A DNA stretch of 64,000 bases. It comes from Candidatus Curtissbacteria bacterium RIFOXYA1_FULL_41_14. GTDB lineage: Bacteria; Patescibacteriota; Microgenomatia; Curtissbacterales; GWA2-41-24. Each line of letters begins with the position of its first letter. The first letter of the stretch is position 1. Location of the stretch: the NCBI GenBank assembly GCA_001775095.1, contig MFCA01000022.1:2162-66161 (forward strand), written 5' to 3'. Position numbers and translations under genes: made by a program. Under the pieces are notes generated by a model. That model searched no databases. It was not told the DNA's origin and was given only the letters and a program-made list of their open reading frames with translations. Shown piece by piece: positions 28,201-37,192 of this stretch.

Positions 28201-28764
28201 ATGGCAAGTAGAGCATCGTTGAACAAAGTATTATTAATTGGAAATCTGACAAGAGATCCGGAGTTGAGATATACGCCTTCAGGCGCGGCGGTTTGTTCTT
28301 TCGGGCTGGCTACAAATAGAGTTTACGTTGCTTCTGACGGTACTAAAAAAGAGGAAGCGGAATTTATCAGGATCGTTTCCTGGAATAAACTGGCCGAGCT
28401 TTGTTCGCAGCTTCTTTCAAAAGGCAGGAAAGTTTATGTTGAAGGAAGATTGCAGACGAGAAGCTGGGAGACCCCCGATGGAATAACTAAGCAGACAACG
28501 GAAGTAGTTATTGATGACATGAGAATTCTGGATTCCCGCAGAAGTTTCGAGGAAGCCAGCACGGGGGAAAATATCCCTTATATAGAAAATACATCTGCAA
28601 GCCAGACAAAAGTCAAAGAGCCATCTTCCTTCGCTAAAGCTACGGAGGACAAGGAGAGTCTAAGGGTCAAAGAGTCAAAGGGGACAAAAGGGTCAAAAGA
28701 GCCAAAGGATTCAAATGGAGGCGGAGATGAGGATAAAATAGATTTAGACGATTTGCCATTTTAA
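28201..28764 (+). CDS. ssb: Single-stranded DNA-binding protein
   Basis: LNKVLLIGNLTRDPELRYT...DDLPF. Confidence 0.97.
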   Translation: MASRASLNKVLLIGNLTRDPELRYTPSGAAVCSFGLATNRVYVASDGTKKEEAEFIRIVSWNKLAELCSQLLSKGRKVYVEGRLQTRSWETPDGITKQTTEVVIDDMRILDSRRSFEEASTGENIPYIENTSASQTKVKEPSSFAKATEDKESLRVKESKGTKGSKEPKDSNGGGDEDKIDLDDLPF

Positions 28765-28794
28765 TCTTACAGACACTATTCTTAAATTAAGACT

Positions 28795-29010
28795 ATGAGA
28801 AGATTGAGACGCAGCAAGAAATGTCCTATATGCGGGACGAATGCTACTTTAGATTATAAAGATATTTCTCTTCTTAAAAAATATCTTTCTGAAAGAGGTA
28901 AAATTTTGGGCAGGGCTATCACTGGTGTATGTGCGAAGCACCAGAGGGGTCTTACCAGGAGTATTAAAAGAGCAAGATTCATGGCTCTTTTACCATTTAG
29001 CCAAAGATAA
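28795..29010 (+). CDS. rpsR: 30S ribosomal protein S18 (Zn-binding type)
   Basis: [34 protein letters not shown]. Confidence 0.96.
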   Translation: MRRLRRSKKCPICGTNATLDYKDISLLKKYLSERGKILGRAITGVCAKHQRGLTRSIKRARFMALLPFSQR

Positions 29011-29016
29011 TCTCTT

Positions 29017-30252
29017 ATGCCTCAAAGTAAAACCCCAGCAAATCCGATCTTTAATTTCTTTTTGCAGTTTTTTGTTGTTGCCATAGTTTTTTTCGCAATC
29101 GGCTTTGCGGTAGGACAAAAAAGAGTTGAGATAGAAAAACGCGGTTTTGTACCTTCAATTTCGGTTACCAACCAGCTTCCCCCTAAAGAACAAAATCTAG
29201 ACTTTTCTCTTTTTTGGCAGGTATTTGACACCTTGCCCGAAAAGTATTTGGATAAAAGCGCGATTGATAGCCAAAAGCTTCTTTACGGGGCAATTTCCGG
29301 TATGGTGCGGTCTCTTGGCGATCCGTATACTGTCTTTTTGGATCCCGAGCAAAATGAGGAGATTCGCCAGGATCTTGCAGGCAGTTATGAAGGGGTTGGT
29401 ATTCAACTGGGTTTCAATAAAAACAAAAGGCTTGCGGTAATAGCGCCTTTGGACGGTACTCCTGCGCAGAGAGAGGGGATTTTGCCTAACGATCTGATTT
29501 TGCAGATTGACGAGCGGGACACTTTTGATTTGACATTGCCGGAAGCTGTTGACTTGATCCGCGGCCCGGCAGGGACCAAGGTTAAACTGGTTCTTTTGCG
29601 GGAAGGCGAAGATAAATCTTTCGAGAAAGAAATTGAAAGGACAAAGATAGATGTTAAAACTGTTAATGTCCAGTTTAAAGATACCCAAAGTGGCCAGGTA
29701 GCTGTAATTCGCGTCTCCAGATTTGGTGAGAATACAAATGACGAATGGGATAGGGCAGTAGAAGAAGTTTTGACAAGCGGAGCCAAAGGAGTAATTGTTG
29801 ACATGCGCAATAACCCAGGGGGACTACTGGATTCAGCCGTTCATTTGGCTTCTGAGTTTATGAGAGGGACAGTAGTTAAAGAGGAATTTTCCGATGGTTC
29901 TTCTGAGTCTTTGGGAATAGACCACGCGGGCAAGCTTTTAAAAATACCTTTGGTGGTTCTAGTTAACGGCGGTTCGGCTTCGGCTGCGGAAATTTTTGCA
30001 GGCGCAATCCAGGATGCAAAGCGCGCCGAAGTGGTCGGGGAGAAGACGTTCGGTAAGGGAACTGTTCAGGAACCGATTGAGCTATCAGGAGAAACAGCGC
30101 TTCATGTGACAATTGCCAGATGGTTGACGCCTAAAGGCAATTCGATACACGATGAGGGGATAACACCGGATGTTATAATTGAGTCTCCCGCGGAAGCGGA
30201 AGAAGGAGTAGATCCGCAATTGGAGAAGGCACTGGAGCTGGTTTTTAAATGA
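29017..30252 (+). CDS. ctpA: S41 C-terminal processing peptidase
   Basis: LGDPYT, PDZ domain, DMRNNPGG, SASAAEI, TFGKG. Confidence 0.92.
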   Translation: MPQSKTPANPIFNFFLQFFVVAIVFFAIGFAVGQKRVEIEKRGFVPSISVTNQLPPKEQNLDFSLFWQVFDTLPEKYLDKSAIDSQKLLYGAISGMVRSLGDPYTVFLDPEQNEEIRQDLAGSYEGVGIQLGFNKNKRLAVIAPLDGTPAQREGILPNDLILQIDERDTFDLTLPEAVDLIRGPAGTKVKLVLLREGEDKSFEKEIERTKIDVKTVNVQFKDTQSGQVAVIRVSRFGENTNDEWDRAVEEVLTSGAKGVIVDMRNNPGGLLDSAVHLASEFMRGTVVKEEFSDGSSESLGIDHAGKLLKIPLVVLVNGGSASAAEIFAGAIQDAKRAEVVGEKTFGKGTVQEPIELSGETALHVTIARWLTPKGNSIHDEGITPDVIIESPAEAEEGVDPQLEKALELVFK

Positions 30253-31367
30253 AGGTTAAAAGATTTACTTTGATCTTAATAGTTGGTGCTTTGTGGTTGG
30301 TAAGTGCCATCGCTATCGGCCGTTTTTTGGTGCAAAAACTACCTGCGCAGACTTTTGAAAATAAGAGTATTAACCAAACCCAAAAAGTTGTTAATGAAGA
30401 GTCGGTGGTTATTGATGTTGTTAAAAAAGTTTCGCCATCGGTAGTGTCGATTGCAGTTGAAAATCAACAACAATTTCTCAATCCATTTTTTAACTTCGGG
30501 CAATCAACCGAGCAGCAATCCGGGATCGGAACCGGCTTCGTAGTTTCCAAAGACGGTTTGATTTTGACCAACAAACATGTTGTTTCGGAGAGCGGAGCGA
30601 AATATACAGCGATAATTAGAGGCAGTGACGACTCAGAAAGAAAATTGCCCATTAAAAAAGTTAACCTTGATCCTTTTAACGATTTAGCCCTGGTCCAGGT
30701 AGATGCCAATGATCTATCTCCGGTCGAACTCGGCGATTCCGATCATCTGCAGGTTGGCCAATCGGTTATTGCCATTGGTAATGCTTTAGGCCGGTTTGAT
30801 AATACCGTGACAACCGGTGTTGTTTCAGCGCTGGGCAGAGCTGTCAGTCCGATTGATCCCTCAACCGGTGTTGCCGAAAGACTTGACGATCTAATCCAAA
30901 CAGATGCGGCGGTTAATCCGGGTAATTCCGGAGGCCCCTTGGTTAACAGTGCAGGTCAGGTAATCGGTGTTAATACAGCTGTCGCCAGTGCCCAGAATAT
31001 TGCTTTTGCCATCAAAATTAATGTTGCCAAAGCCTTAATTTCTGATTTTCAAAGTTCCGGAGGAAAAATCTCCAGACCCTTCTTAGGAATCCGCTATACG
31101 CATATTCCCAAAGACACAGCAATATTGAATGATGTTGTCGAAGGAGAACTGGTGCGTGAAGTTGTCTCAGGTTCGGCCGCAGATAGTGCTGGTGTTAAAG
31201 TTCGCGATATTGTCACTGAATTTGACGGTCAAAAATTAGCCGGGGATACTACTCTTAATCAAGTGATTAGAAATAAAAAGGTCGGCGACACGGTTAAGAT
31301 TAGGGTTTTTCGCGATGGAAATACTTTGGATTTTTCGGCGACTTTAGGAGAAGCACCTTCCGAATAA
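30249..31367 (+). CDS. htrA: HtrA/DegP serine protease with PDZ
   Basis: LTNKHV, DLA, QTDAAVNPGNSGGPL. Confidence 0.93.
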   Translation: MKVKRFTLILIVGALWLVSAIAIGRFLVQKLPAQTFENKSINQTQKVVNEESVVIDVVKKVSPSVVSIAVENQQQFLNPFFNFGQSTEQQSGIGTGFVVSKDGLILTNKHVVSESGAKYTAIIRGSDDSERKLPIKKVNLDPFNDLALVQVDANDLSPVELGDSDHLQVGQSVIAIGNALGRFDNTVTTGVVSALGRAVSPIDPSTGVAERLDDLIQTDAAVNPGNSGGPLVNSAGQVIGVNTAVASAQNIAFAIKINVAKALISDFQSSGGKISRPFLGIRYTHIPKDTAILNDVVEGELVREVVSGSAADSAGVKVRDIVTEFDGQKLAGDTTLNQVIRNKKVGDTVKIRVFRDGNTLDFSATLGEAPSE

Positions 31368-31414
31368 AATTCGGAATTTCAAATTTCAAATTTCAAATTT
31401 CAAATCCCAGTGCA

Positions 31415-31463
31415 CACCCCCGGGGTGCGCGTCGGCAATCGTCTATTGCTCACCCCGGGGGTG
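31415..31463. repeat. Family G 49-bp CACCCCCGGGGTG...CACCCCGGGGGTG element (intergenic copy)
   Basis: Same arms and spacing as 34325-34373 and 56509-56557; preceded by (AATTTCA)n heptamers. Confidence 0.85.
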
Positions 31464-31472
31464 AGCTATGAA

Positions 31473-31958
31473 CTATAATACCTTCCCCAGAATATTCCCA
31501 AAGAACTTTCCAATCACGTAGTATAAATTTGCCCAGATGAAGGCAGCAATGGTTGTATAAAGCCAGAAGGTTTTGTAGGGAACTTCAAAAAGTCCGGCAA
31601 CAGCGGGCGTGACTATGCGAAGACCTGGAATGAGACGGCCGATGACAATGGTTTTTCCTCCATGTTTTTCAAACCAGCCCTCGATCTTCCTAATTTTGTC
31701 AGGTGTAAGTTTAATGTATTTACCGAATTTGAGGATTAATTTATGGCCGAAGAATCTGGCCAGAGTAAATAAAATTGTCGAGCCGCAAAGGGTAGCGGCA
31801 ACGATTGTTGCCACGAGTGCTAGATAATTGGTGCTGGGCAGGGCAGCGATAGTGGCAATAAAAATATCGCCGGGAATGGGTAGAGGAATACCTCCTTCCT
31901 CGGCAAATAGAATCAAAAATAGTCCTAAATAGGAATATTCCTGGATAAACTCAAGCAT
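31473..31958 (-). CDS. DedA family membrane protein
   Basis: EEGGIPLPIPGD, GRLIPGLR. Confidence 0.92.
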   Translation of the reverse strand: MLEFIQEYSYLGLFLILFAEEGGIPLPIPGDIFIATIAALPSTNYLALVATIVAATLCGSTILFTLARFFGHKLILKFGKYIKLTPDKIRKIEGWFEKHGGKTIVIGRLIPGLRIVTPAVAGLFEVPYKTFWLYTTIAAFIWANLYYVIGKFFGNILGKVL

Positions 31959-32012
31959 GTGATTATTTTATACCAGATGTGTGTCTGGAGCACTGTTAAG
32001 GGAGGTTCGGGC

Positions 32013-32225
32013 TTACTTATGTTTGGTCCTCGTAAAATTATCAATTGCTTGCAATACCGCAGTATAGCCATGTGTATGTTTCTCTCCTCCAAGCGGTCGG
32101 GGAATACCCATTAATTCTTGCATCAACGTAGTGTCTATTTGGTCAAGATGCGCGTCCTCGTTTTTGGATTGCTGTCTTAGCCAAGCATCAGCATCGATAC
32201 GGGCTGTTTCTTTCGGGCTTGACAT
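32013..32225 (-). CDS. Hypothetical protein
   Basis: 70-aa ORF with TTGACA/TATAAT just upstream on the minus strand. Confidence 0.5.
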   Translation of the reverse strand: MSSPKETARIDADAWLRQQSKNEDAHLDQIDTTLMQELMGIPRPLGGEKHTHGYTAVLQAIDNFTRTKHK

Positions 32226-32316
32226 ATTATAGGGTATTATAACTTTGTGAATTTAATTTGTCAACAAGATCACTACGCCTTGACAAAAGGCCCATAATGC
32301 ATTAGATTACTTAACT

Positions 32317-32889
32317 ATGCTAGAGAATGTTGGTTACTGCAGGTTGCCAGATGACACCTATAGAAATTTAGCAGAAGGACACTGGAGTTATACAGATGAA
32401 AAGCCAGATAATCCAGTTCTAATTCTGGCGCAGGTTTTAGAACAAAGACGTTTGGGGGTTCGATTTTTAGATAGCGAGACATCTGAAGGCGATGTAGAAA
32501 TTCATGTTTCTCATCATAAGGGCGAAGTTTTGCTAGATAGAATTATCCGTACTCCGGAACTAGGTGTTCTTATAAACGTAATTCGGTTAGGTGTTTTGGA
32601 CCCCAGGATTAGATGTTGTCATCAGTGGATCGCGGACACCCAAAAGAGAATAGAGGCTCTTGCGTTGCAAAAACAAGCTGATCATAGTCAAAAGCAGGCT
32701 GATCTGATTACGTCCACTGACATAGGGCCCGGAGAGCAAAAAGCTACTTTTCTAAAAGTAGCTCAAAACGCGAGTAACGAAGCACGGAGAATATTAGGAA
32801 ACCTTGACTCTTTAACACCAGATGATATTCGCGGACTCATTGAGGCGGTTGTTGAGCGAGAAATAATTCCGGCTTCTCAGGCTGCATAA
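32317..32889 (+). CDS. Orphan protein, paralog A
   Basis: Shares motifs with 32958..33527. Confidence 0.7.
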   Translation: MLENVGYCRLPDDTYRNLAEGHWSYTDEKPDNPVLILAQVLEQRRLGVRFLDSETSEGDVEIHVSHHKGEVLLDRIIRTPELGVLINVIRLGVLDPRIRCCHQWIADTQKRIEALALQKQADHSQKQADLITSTDIGPGEQKATFLKVAQNASNEARRILGNLDSLTPDDIRGLIEAVVEREIIPASQAA

Positions 32890-32957
32890 ATTTTATCTCG
32901 AGCCGGTAAAATTCATAATTGACACAAAACCTATAATATGCTAATGTTCAGTTCAAT

Positions 32958-33527
32958 ATGAAAGAAGTAGTGGAGGTAGGCGCAGTTACCCCAGATAAGT
33001 TAGCTGAGATTGCCAATAATGGGATCTTCTGGAGTCAAACTCGCCAAGATAGACTTAATCCCGCTTATGTGCTAGCCCAGACTCTCAATCGAGTGGGATT
33101 AGCTGCTTGTGTTCCCGTAGCAGCAATTGATGGTCAGGGAATTTTAAGTAAGGGAATGGTTGCGATTTATGCGACTTCAGAAGGTGATTCAGTTTTAAAT
33201 AGGATTACCGATACCCCTGGTGTATATTGTGTTTTGGAACGGGCATATAATGGAGATTTAGTCCCGGATGATCCATTGTTCGAAACTTGCAGGTTGAATA
33301 GAAGAGCTAGAAGAAGAATTATGGCTTTTAATCTGCAGCGATCAGCAAGGGCATCTTGGAGATTAGGGTTGGGAGAAGAAGCAAAAGAAAGTCGATTGGT
33401 AGCCAGGAGAGTTTTAGGCAAACTTCCACCATTGAGATCAACTGATATTCGCGGAATTATTAGACAACTTGTTATAAGGGCACAGATGTCGCAACTTCCC
33501 AGGCCTCATAAACCAAAAGTGCAGTAA
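32958..33527 (+). CDS. Orphan protein, paralog B
   Basis: Shares motifs with 32317..32889. Confidence 0.7.
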   Translation: MKEVVEVGAVTPDKLAEIANNGIFWSQTRQDRLNPAYVLAQTLNRVGLAACVPVAAIDGQGILSKGMVAIYATSEGDSVLNRITDTPGVYCVLERAYNGDLVPDDPLFETCRLNRRARRRIMAFNLQRSARASWRLGLGEEAKESRLVARRVLGKLPPLRSTDIRGIIRQLVIRAQMSQLPRPHKPKVQ

Positions 33528-33599
33528 TCGGACATTTCACAAATACTGTTTTATTAAGAACTGTTTAGGGGTAAACTTCGCAGGGCAGGCATGTTTTGT

Positions 33600-34517
33600 T
33601 TATTCATGTAGGGCATCAATTATTTTATCCAATTTGCCATTCATTACTTCTTCCAGGTTGTGCCATGACTTATTAATTCTATGGTCTGTAATGCGATTCT
33701 GGGGATAATTATAAGTGCGGATTTTTTCGGAGCGGTCGCCCGTGCCCAGTTGGGCTGAGCGTTGAGAACTGAGTTGAGAGGATTGCTTTTCTTCTTCAAG
33801 TTGATAAATTTTTGAGCGCAAGATTCCCATAGCGATTTCGCGGTTTTGGCCTTGTGAACGTTCGGTTTGAGCCTTAACAACAATTCCGGTCGGTTTGTGT
33901 TTAATTCTGACGGCGGTTGAAACTTTATTAACATTTTGACCGCCGTGGCCGCCGGAACGGAAAGCTTCAAATTCAATATCGGCAGGATCAATAATAACTT
34001 GAGTCGGAGGTACTTCCGGCAAAATCGCAACTGTAGCAGTTGAGGTATGAATACGGCCGGATGACTCGGTGACAGGAACTCTTTGAACCCGGTGGACACC
34101 TGATTCATGTTGAAGTTTTTCAAAAACGTTTTTGCCGGAAATTTTAACAATTACAGTCTTGATATTTCCAAGTCCGCCTTCGGTGCAGTCCAATTCTTCA
34201 AACTGCCATCTGTTGTTGACGGCAAACTTTTGATACATTCGCAGAAGATCGGCTGCGAAAAGCCCGGCTTCATCGCCGCCGGCAGCGGAGCGGATTTCTA
34301 GAATGACAGACGAGTTTGTGGGCCCACCCCCGGGGTGCGATCCGGGTGACGTCAAGACTTCACCCCGGGGGTGAGTCAGGGCAATTTTTTCTTCTTCAAG
34401 CTTCTCTATTTCTTCCTGCGCGAGCTCGGCCATAGAAGGGTCAGCTGACACTAATTCTTGAGCTTCTTTAATCTTCTTTTCAATATTTTCAATTTGTTGT
34501 TTTTGATAATCGGTCAT
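33600..34517 (-). CDS. prfA: Peptide chain release factor 1 (short N-terminus, in-frame repeat insertion)
   Basis: [14 protein letters not shown] (PxT), [21 protein letters not shown]. Confidence 0.96.
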   Translation of the reverse strand: MTDYQKQQIENIEKKIKEAQELVSADPSMAELAQEEIEKLEEEKIALTHPRGEVLTSPGSHPGGGPTNSSVILEIRSAAGGDEAGLFAADLLRMYQKFAVNNRWQFEELDCTEGGLGNIKTVIVKISGKNVFEKLQHESGVHRVQRVPVTESSGRIHTSTATVAILPEVPPTQVIIDPADIEFEAFRSGGHGGQNVNKVSTAVRIKHKPTGIVVKAQTERSQGQNREIAMGILRSKIYQLEEEKQSSQLSSQRSAQLGTGDRSEKIRTYNYPQNRITDHRINKSWHNLEEVMNGKLDKIIDALHE

Positions 34518-34522
34518 AAAAG

Positions 34523-34606
34523 TTAATTGTTATATTGTTGAATTGTTAAATTGTTAGAGATTCATTTTCTATAGAACAATATGGCAATATAGCAATTCAA
34601 CAATTT
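34523..34606. repeat. Inverted arrays of 8-mer repeats (ATTGTTRA / AGCAATAT)
   Basis: ttaattgttatattgttgaattgttaaattgtt ... aacaatatggcaatatagcaattcaacaattt. Confidence 0.75.
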
Positions 34607-34614
34607 AGGATTAT

Positions 34615-34926
34615 CTAGGAGGAGGCTTGCTTTTTGGCAAGATCAAGCATTTCTTTGAGGGAAGTGGGCCTGATTCTTTCGACTCTTTCTTTTTCGACCT
34701 TTTGCTTTTGGAGGCTAATCTCTTTTGATTTTTGCTGACGTTTCTGGAACTTTTCAACTCGCCCTAAAGTATCGACAAATTTCATCTCGCCGGTAAAGAA
34801 GGGATGGCACTTGCTGCAGACGTCGACGTGGATTTGGGCGACTGTAGCCCCTGTAGTAAATGCGTTACCACAGGCGCAAGTCACTTTGGCATCGTCAAAA
34901 TATTGCGGATGAACACCTTTTTTCAC
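34615..34926 (-). CDS. rpmE: 50S ribosomal protein L31
   Basis: [30 protein letters not shown]. Confidence 0.97.
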   Translation of the reverse strand: MKKGVHPQYFDDAKVTCACGNAFTTGATVAQIHVDVCSKCHPFFTGEMKFVDTLGRVEKFQKRQQKSKEISLQKQKVEKERVERIRPTSLKEMLDLAKKQASS

Positions 34927-34975
34927 TTCAGGCTATTTTAGCAAAATTGGCATATTTTTTACAATTATTAACGAT

Positions 34976-35090
34976 GATCTTGTTAAAAACCCTTATTGTT
35001 CGAGCACAGGAGAGTACCGTCCGGTACTCTCCGCAGCGAGAACTCAAACTTCTCACGTTGTTCGAAGAATAATAGTTTTCAATAGACTAT
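34976..35090 (-). mobile_element. MITE-like element family B, copy 4
   Basis: Close reverse complement of 38249-38353 and 6292-6411; contains the EamA stop codon. Confidence 0.88.
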
Positions 35091-35977
35091 CGATGTAAAG
35101 GGTGGGCGCGGCGTTTTTGTTCAACTAAAAGAACTGCTGTTGCAATCAAAAGTCCGCCGATTAGAAGTTGAGGTGTTAATTTCTCTCCAAGCAGAATGAT
35201 AGACAGGATAGTTCCGGAAACCGGATCCAGATAGAAGAAAAAAGCTGCCTGACCAGCCGGCATGAGCGAAAGTCCCTTTTGCCAAAACCAGTAGGCGATA
35301 AGAGAGGCAAAGATAATTCCGTACACAATACCAGCAATGCCCATTAAGTTGATTTGCGAGGTCCAATTTGGGTTCGAGATATATTCCCAAATAAATAAAG
35401 GCATAAGTGTGATGCTGCCGATTGCCATTAAATAAAAAGTGAGAACATCGGCGCTGTAAGAAGTTAAGAGTTTTTTGGCAATAATCTCGTGAACTACCCA
35501 GGAAAAGGTCGCAATTAGAAGAAGCATGTTTCCGATTGTTTGGGTCAAAGTAAAGCTGCCCAAGGGTTTGCCAATAATAATAATTATGCCAACCAGGGCA
35601 ATAATTGATGAGCTGATAAGGGAAAAGGACAGTTTTTCTCTAAGGTAAAAATGGGCTGCCAGTATAGTTAAAATCGGTACGGAAGCTACCAAAAACGAAG
35701 CAGTGATTGCTTCGGTTAATTTGAGCCCGAGAAAGAAAAAGGTCAGATTAAAAGAAACTCCTGTTAACGCTGCCCATATAAACATAAAAATGTCCTTCTT
35801 TTTTATTTCCAATTTTTTGTGAACAAAGATTAAAAGGATCAGGGCGGCTATAGAGATTCTGATAAAAACCAGTGAGAAAACCGGGACTTGGGTTAAGGTT
35901 AGTTTCATAATCGGGGCGGTCGCGCCCCAGATGATGGCGGCGGAAGCGGTAAATAAGAAGGCAGAGTTGAGCTTCAA
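35087..35977 (-). CDS. EamA/DMT family transporter
   Basis: 10 TM helices, IWG, LREK, LGEKLT. Confidence 0.9.
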   Translation of the reverse strand: MKLNSAFLFTASAAIIWGATAPIMKLTLTQVPVFSLVFIRISIAALILLIFVHKKLEIKKKDIFMFIWAALTGVSFNLTFFFLGLKLTEAITASFLVASVPILTILAAHFYLREKLSFSLISSSIIALVGIIIIIGKPLGSFTLTQTIGNMLLLIATFSWVVHEIIAKKLLTSYSADVLTFYLMAIGSITLMPLFIWEYISNPNWTSQINLMGIAGIVYGIIFASLIAYWFWQKGLSLMPAGQAAFFFYLDPVSGTILSIILLGEKLTPQLLIGGLLIATAVLLVEQKRRAHPLHR

Positions 35978-36240
35978 TTTAATTTCTAATTTCTAATTTC
36001 TAAATCCTAAACAAATCAAAATGACCAAAATTCAAAACAATTTTAAGAGAAATTTATCTTTTTTGATCATTTGATATTTGAATTTTGAAATTGTTTAGAG
36101 TTTAGAATTTAGAGTTTAGAATTTTTATTAGTCATTAGGTTAATATCAGCATGAGCTTCGCTCATCTGATATATCAGTAAACTTCATTAGATTTTTATAT
36201 TAATTACAATAATTGAAGTTTAGCTGATATTAGGTCAATT
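35978..36240 (-). mobile_element. ~260-bp composite element (two ATATCAG...CTGATAT hairpins plus heptamer inverted array), copy 1
   Basis: Reverse complement aligns end to end with 59763-60028. Confidence 0.88.
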
Positions 36241-37134
36241 TTGTATCGCTTCAATAAGTCGGTCAAGGCCGAAAGAAAAGCCGACAGCAGGAATTTGCCT
36301 TTTAGAAAACATGCCAATTAAGTTATCGTATCTGCCGCCTGAGCCAATGGATAAATTGCCATAAGACGGGATTTTTAGTTCAAAAATCGCTCCTGTGTAA
36401 TAATCAAGACCGCGGGCTAAAAGGGGGTCAAAAATATATTCCCGACTATCGATTCCCCCCTCATCAAGAATTTTAAAAAGTGATTTAAGATTATCAGTCA
36501 GCGGTTTATTTGCCATACTCTGGAGTATGGCAGTTGCTTTCGCTTTTGAAAGCCCCTTTTGCGTTAATTCGTTGACAACTCCTTCTTCGCCGATCTTTTC
36601 CAGTTTATCAAGAGCGATGACGACTTCCTTGTCAACTCCTTCAAAATTTTTGCGGTCGTTAATTTTAATTTGCGAGCTTTTAAGGCCAACTGCTTTGACA
36701 GCTTTAAGTGCGGCGGCGATAATTTTTGCGTCTTCTTCTAAACTGTCTGATCCGACAGTGTCAAAGTCCAGTTGAGTGAATTCGCGATAGCGGCCTTTTT
36801 GGGGATTTTCGCCGCGGAAAACCTGGCCGATTTGATACCGGCGAAAGGGCAGTGGGGGATTATTAGTTGCGACATAACGGGCGACTGGAACGGTCAGATC
36901 GTAGCGCAGAGCCAAGTCTCTGCCGCCGCGATCTTTAAACTCATAGATTAGTCTTTCCTCCTCACCATATTTACCTTTTAGAGTCTCGGCAAATTCGATA
37001 GTTGGTGTTTCGATTGGTGCAAAACCGAACTCTTCCAGTACATCGACGATCTGATTAATAACAGCTCGTCTTTTTTTGGCTAGATCCGGTTTAATATCGC
37101 GGAAGCCTTTTGGTGTCGGCGGGGCTTTTTGCAT
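36235..37134 (-). CDS. hisS: Histidine--tRNA ligase catalytic domain, lacking the anticodon-binding domain
   Basis: PKGFRD, LRYDLTVP, PQKGRYREFTQLD, RGLDYYTG, GGRYDNL, GFSFGLDR; ends at 299 aa. Confidence 0.9.
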   Translation of the reverse strand: MQKAPPTPKGFRDIKPDLAKKRRAVINQIVDVLEEFGFAPIETPTIEFAETLKGKYGEEERLIYEFKDRGGRDLALRYDLTVPVARYVATNNPPLPFRRYQIGQVFRGENPQKGRYREFTQLDFDTVGSDSLEEDAKIIAAALKAVKAVGLKSSQIKINDRKNFEGVDKEVVIALDKLEKIGEEGVVNELTQKGLSKAKATAILQSMANKPLTDNLKSLFKILDEGGIDSREYIFDPLLARGLDYYTGAIFELKIPSYGNLSIGSGGRYDNLIGMFSKRQIPAVGFSFGLDRLIEAIQN

Positions 37135-37192
37135 ATGAGTTTATAATCGCATAAACAACACCTTTCTTCAATCTTACAGTCAGAAAATTTTT

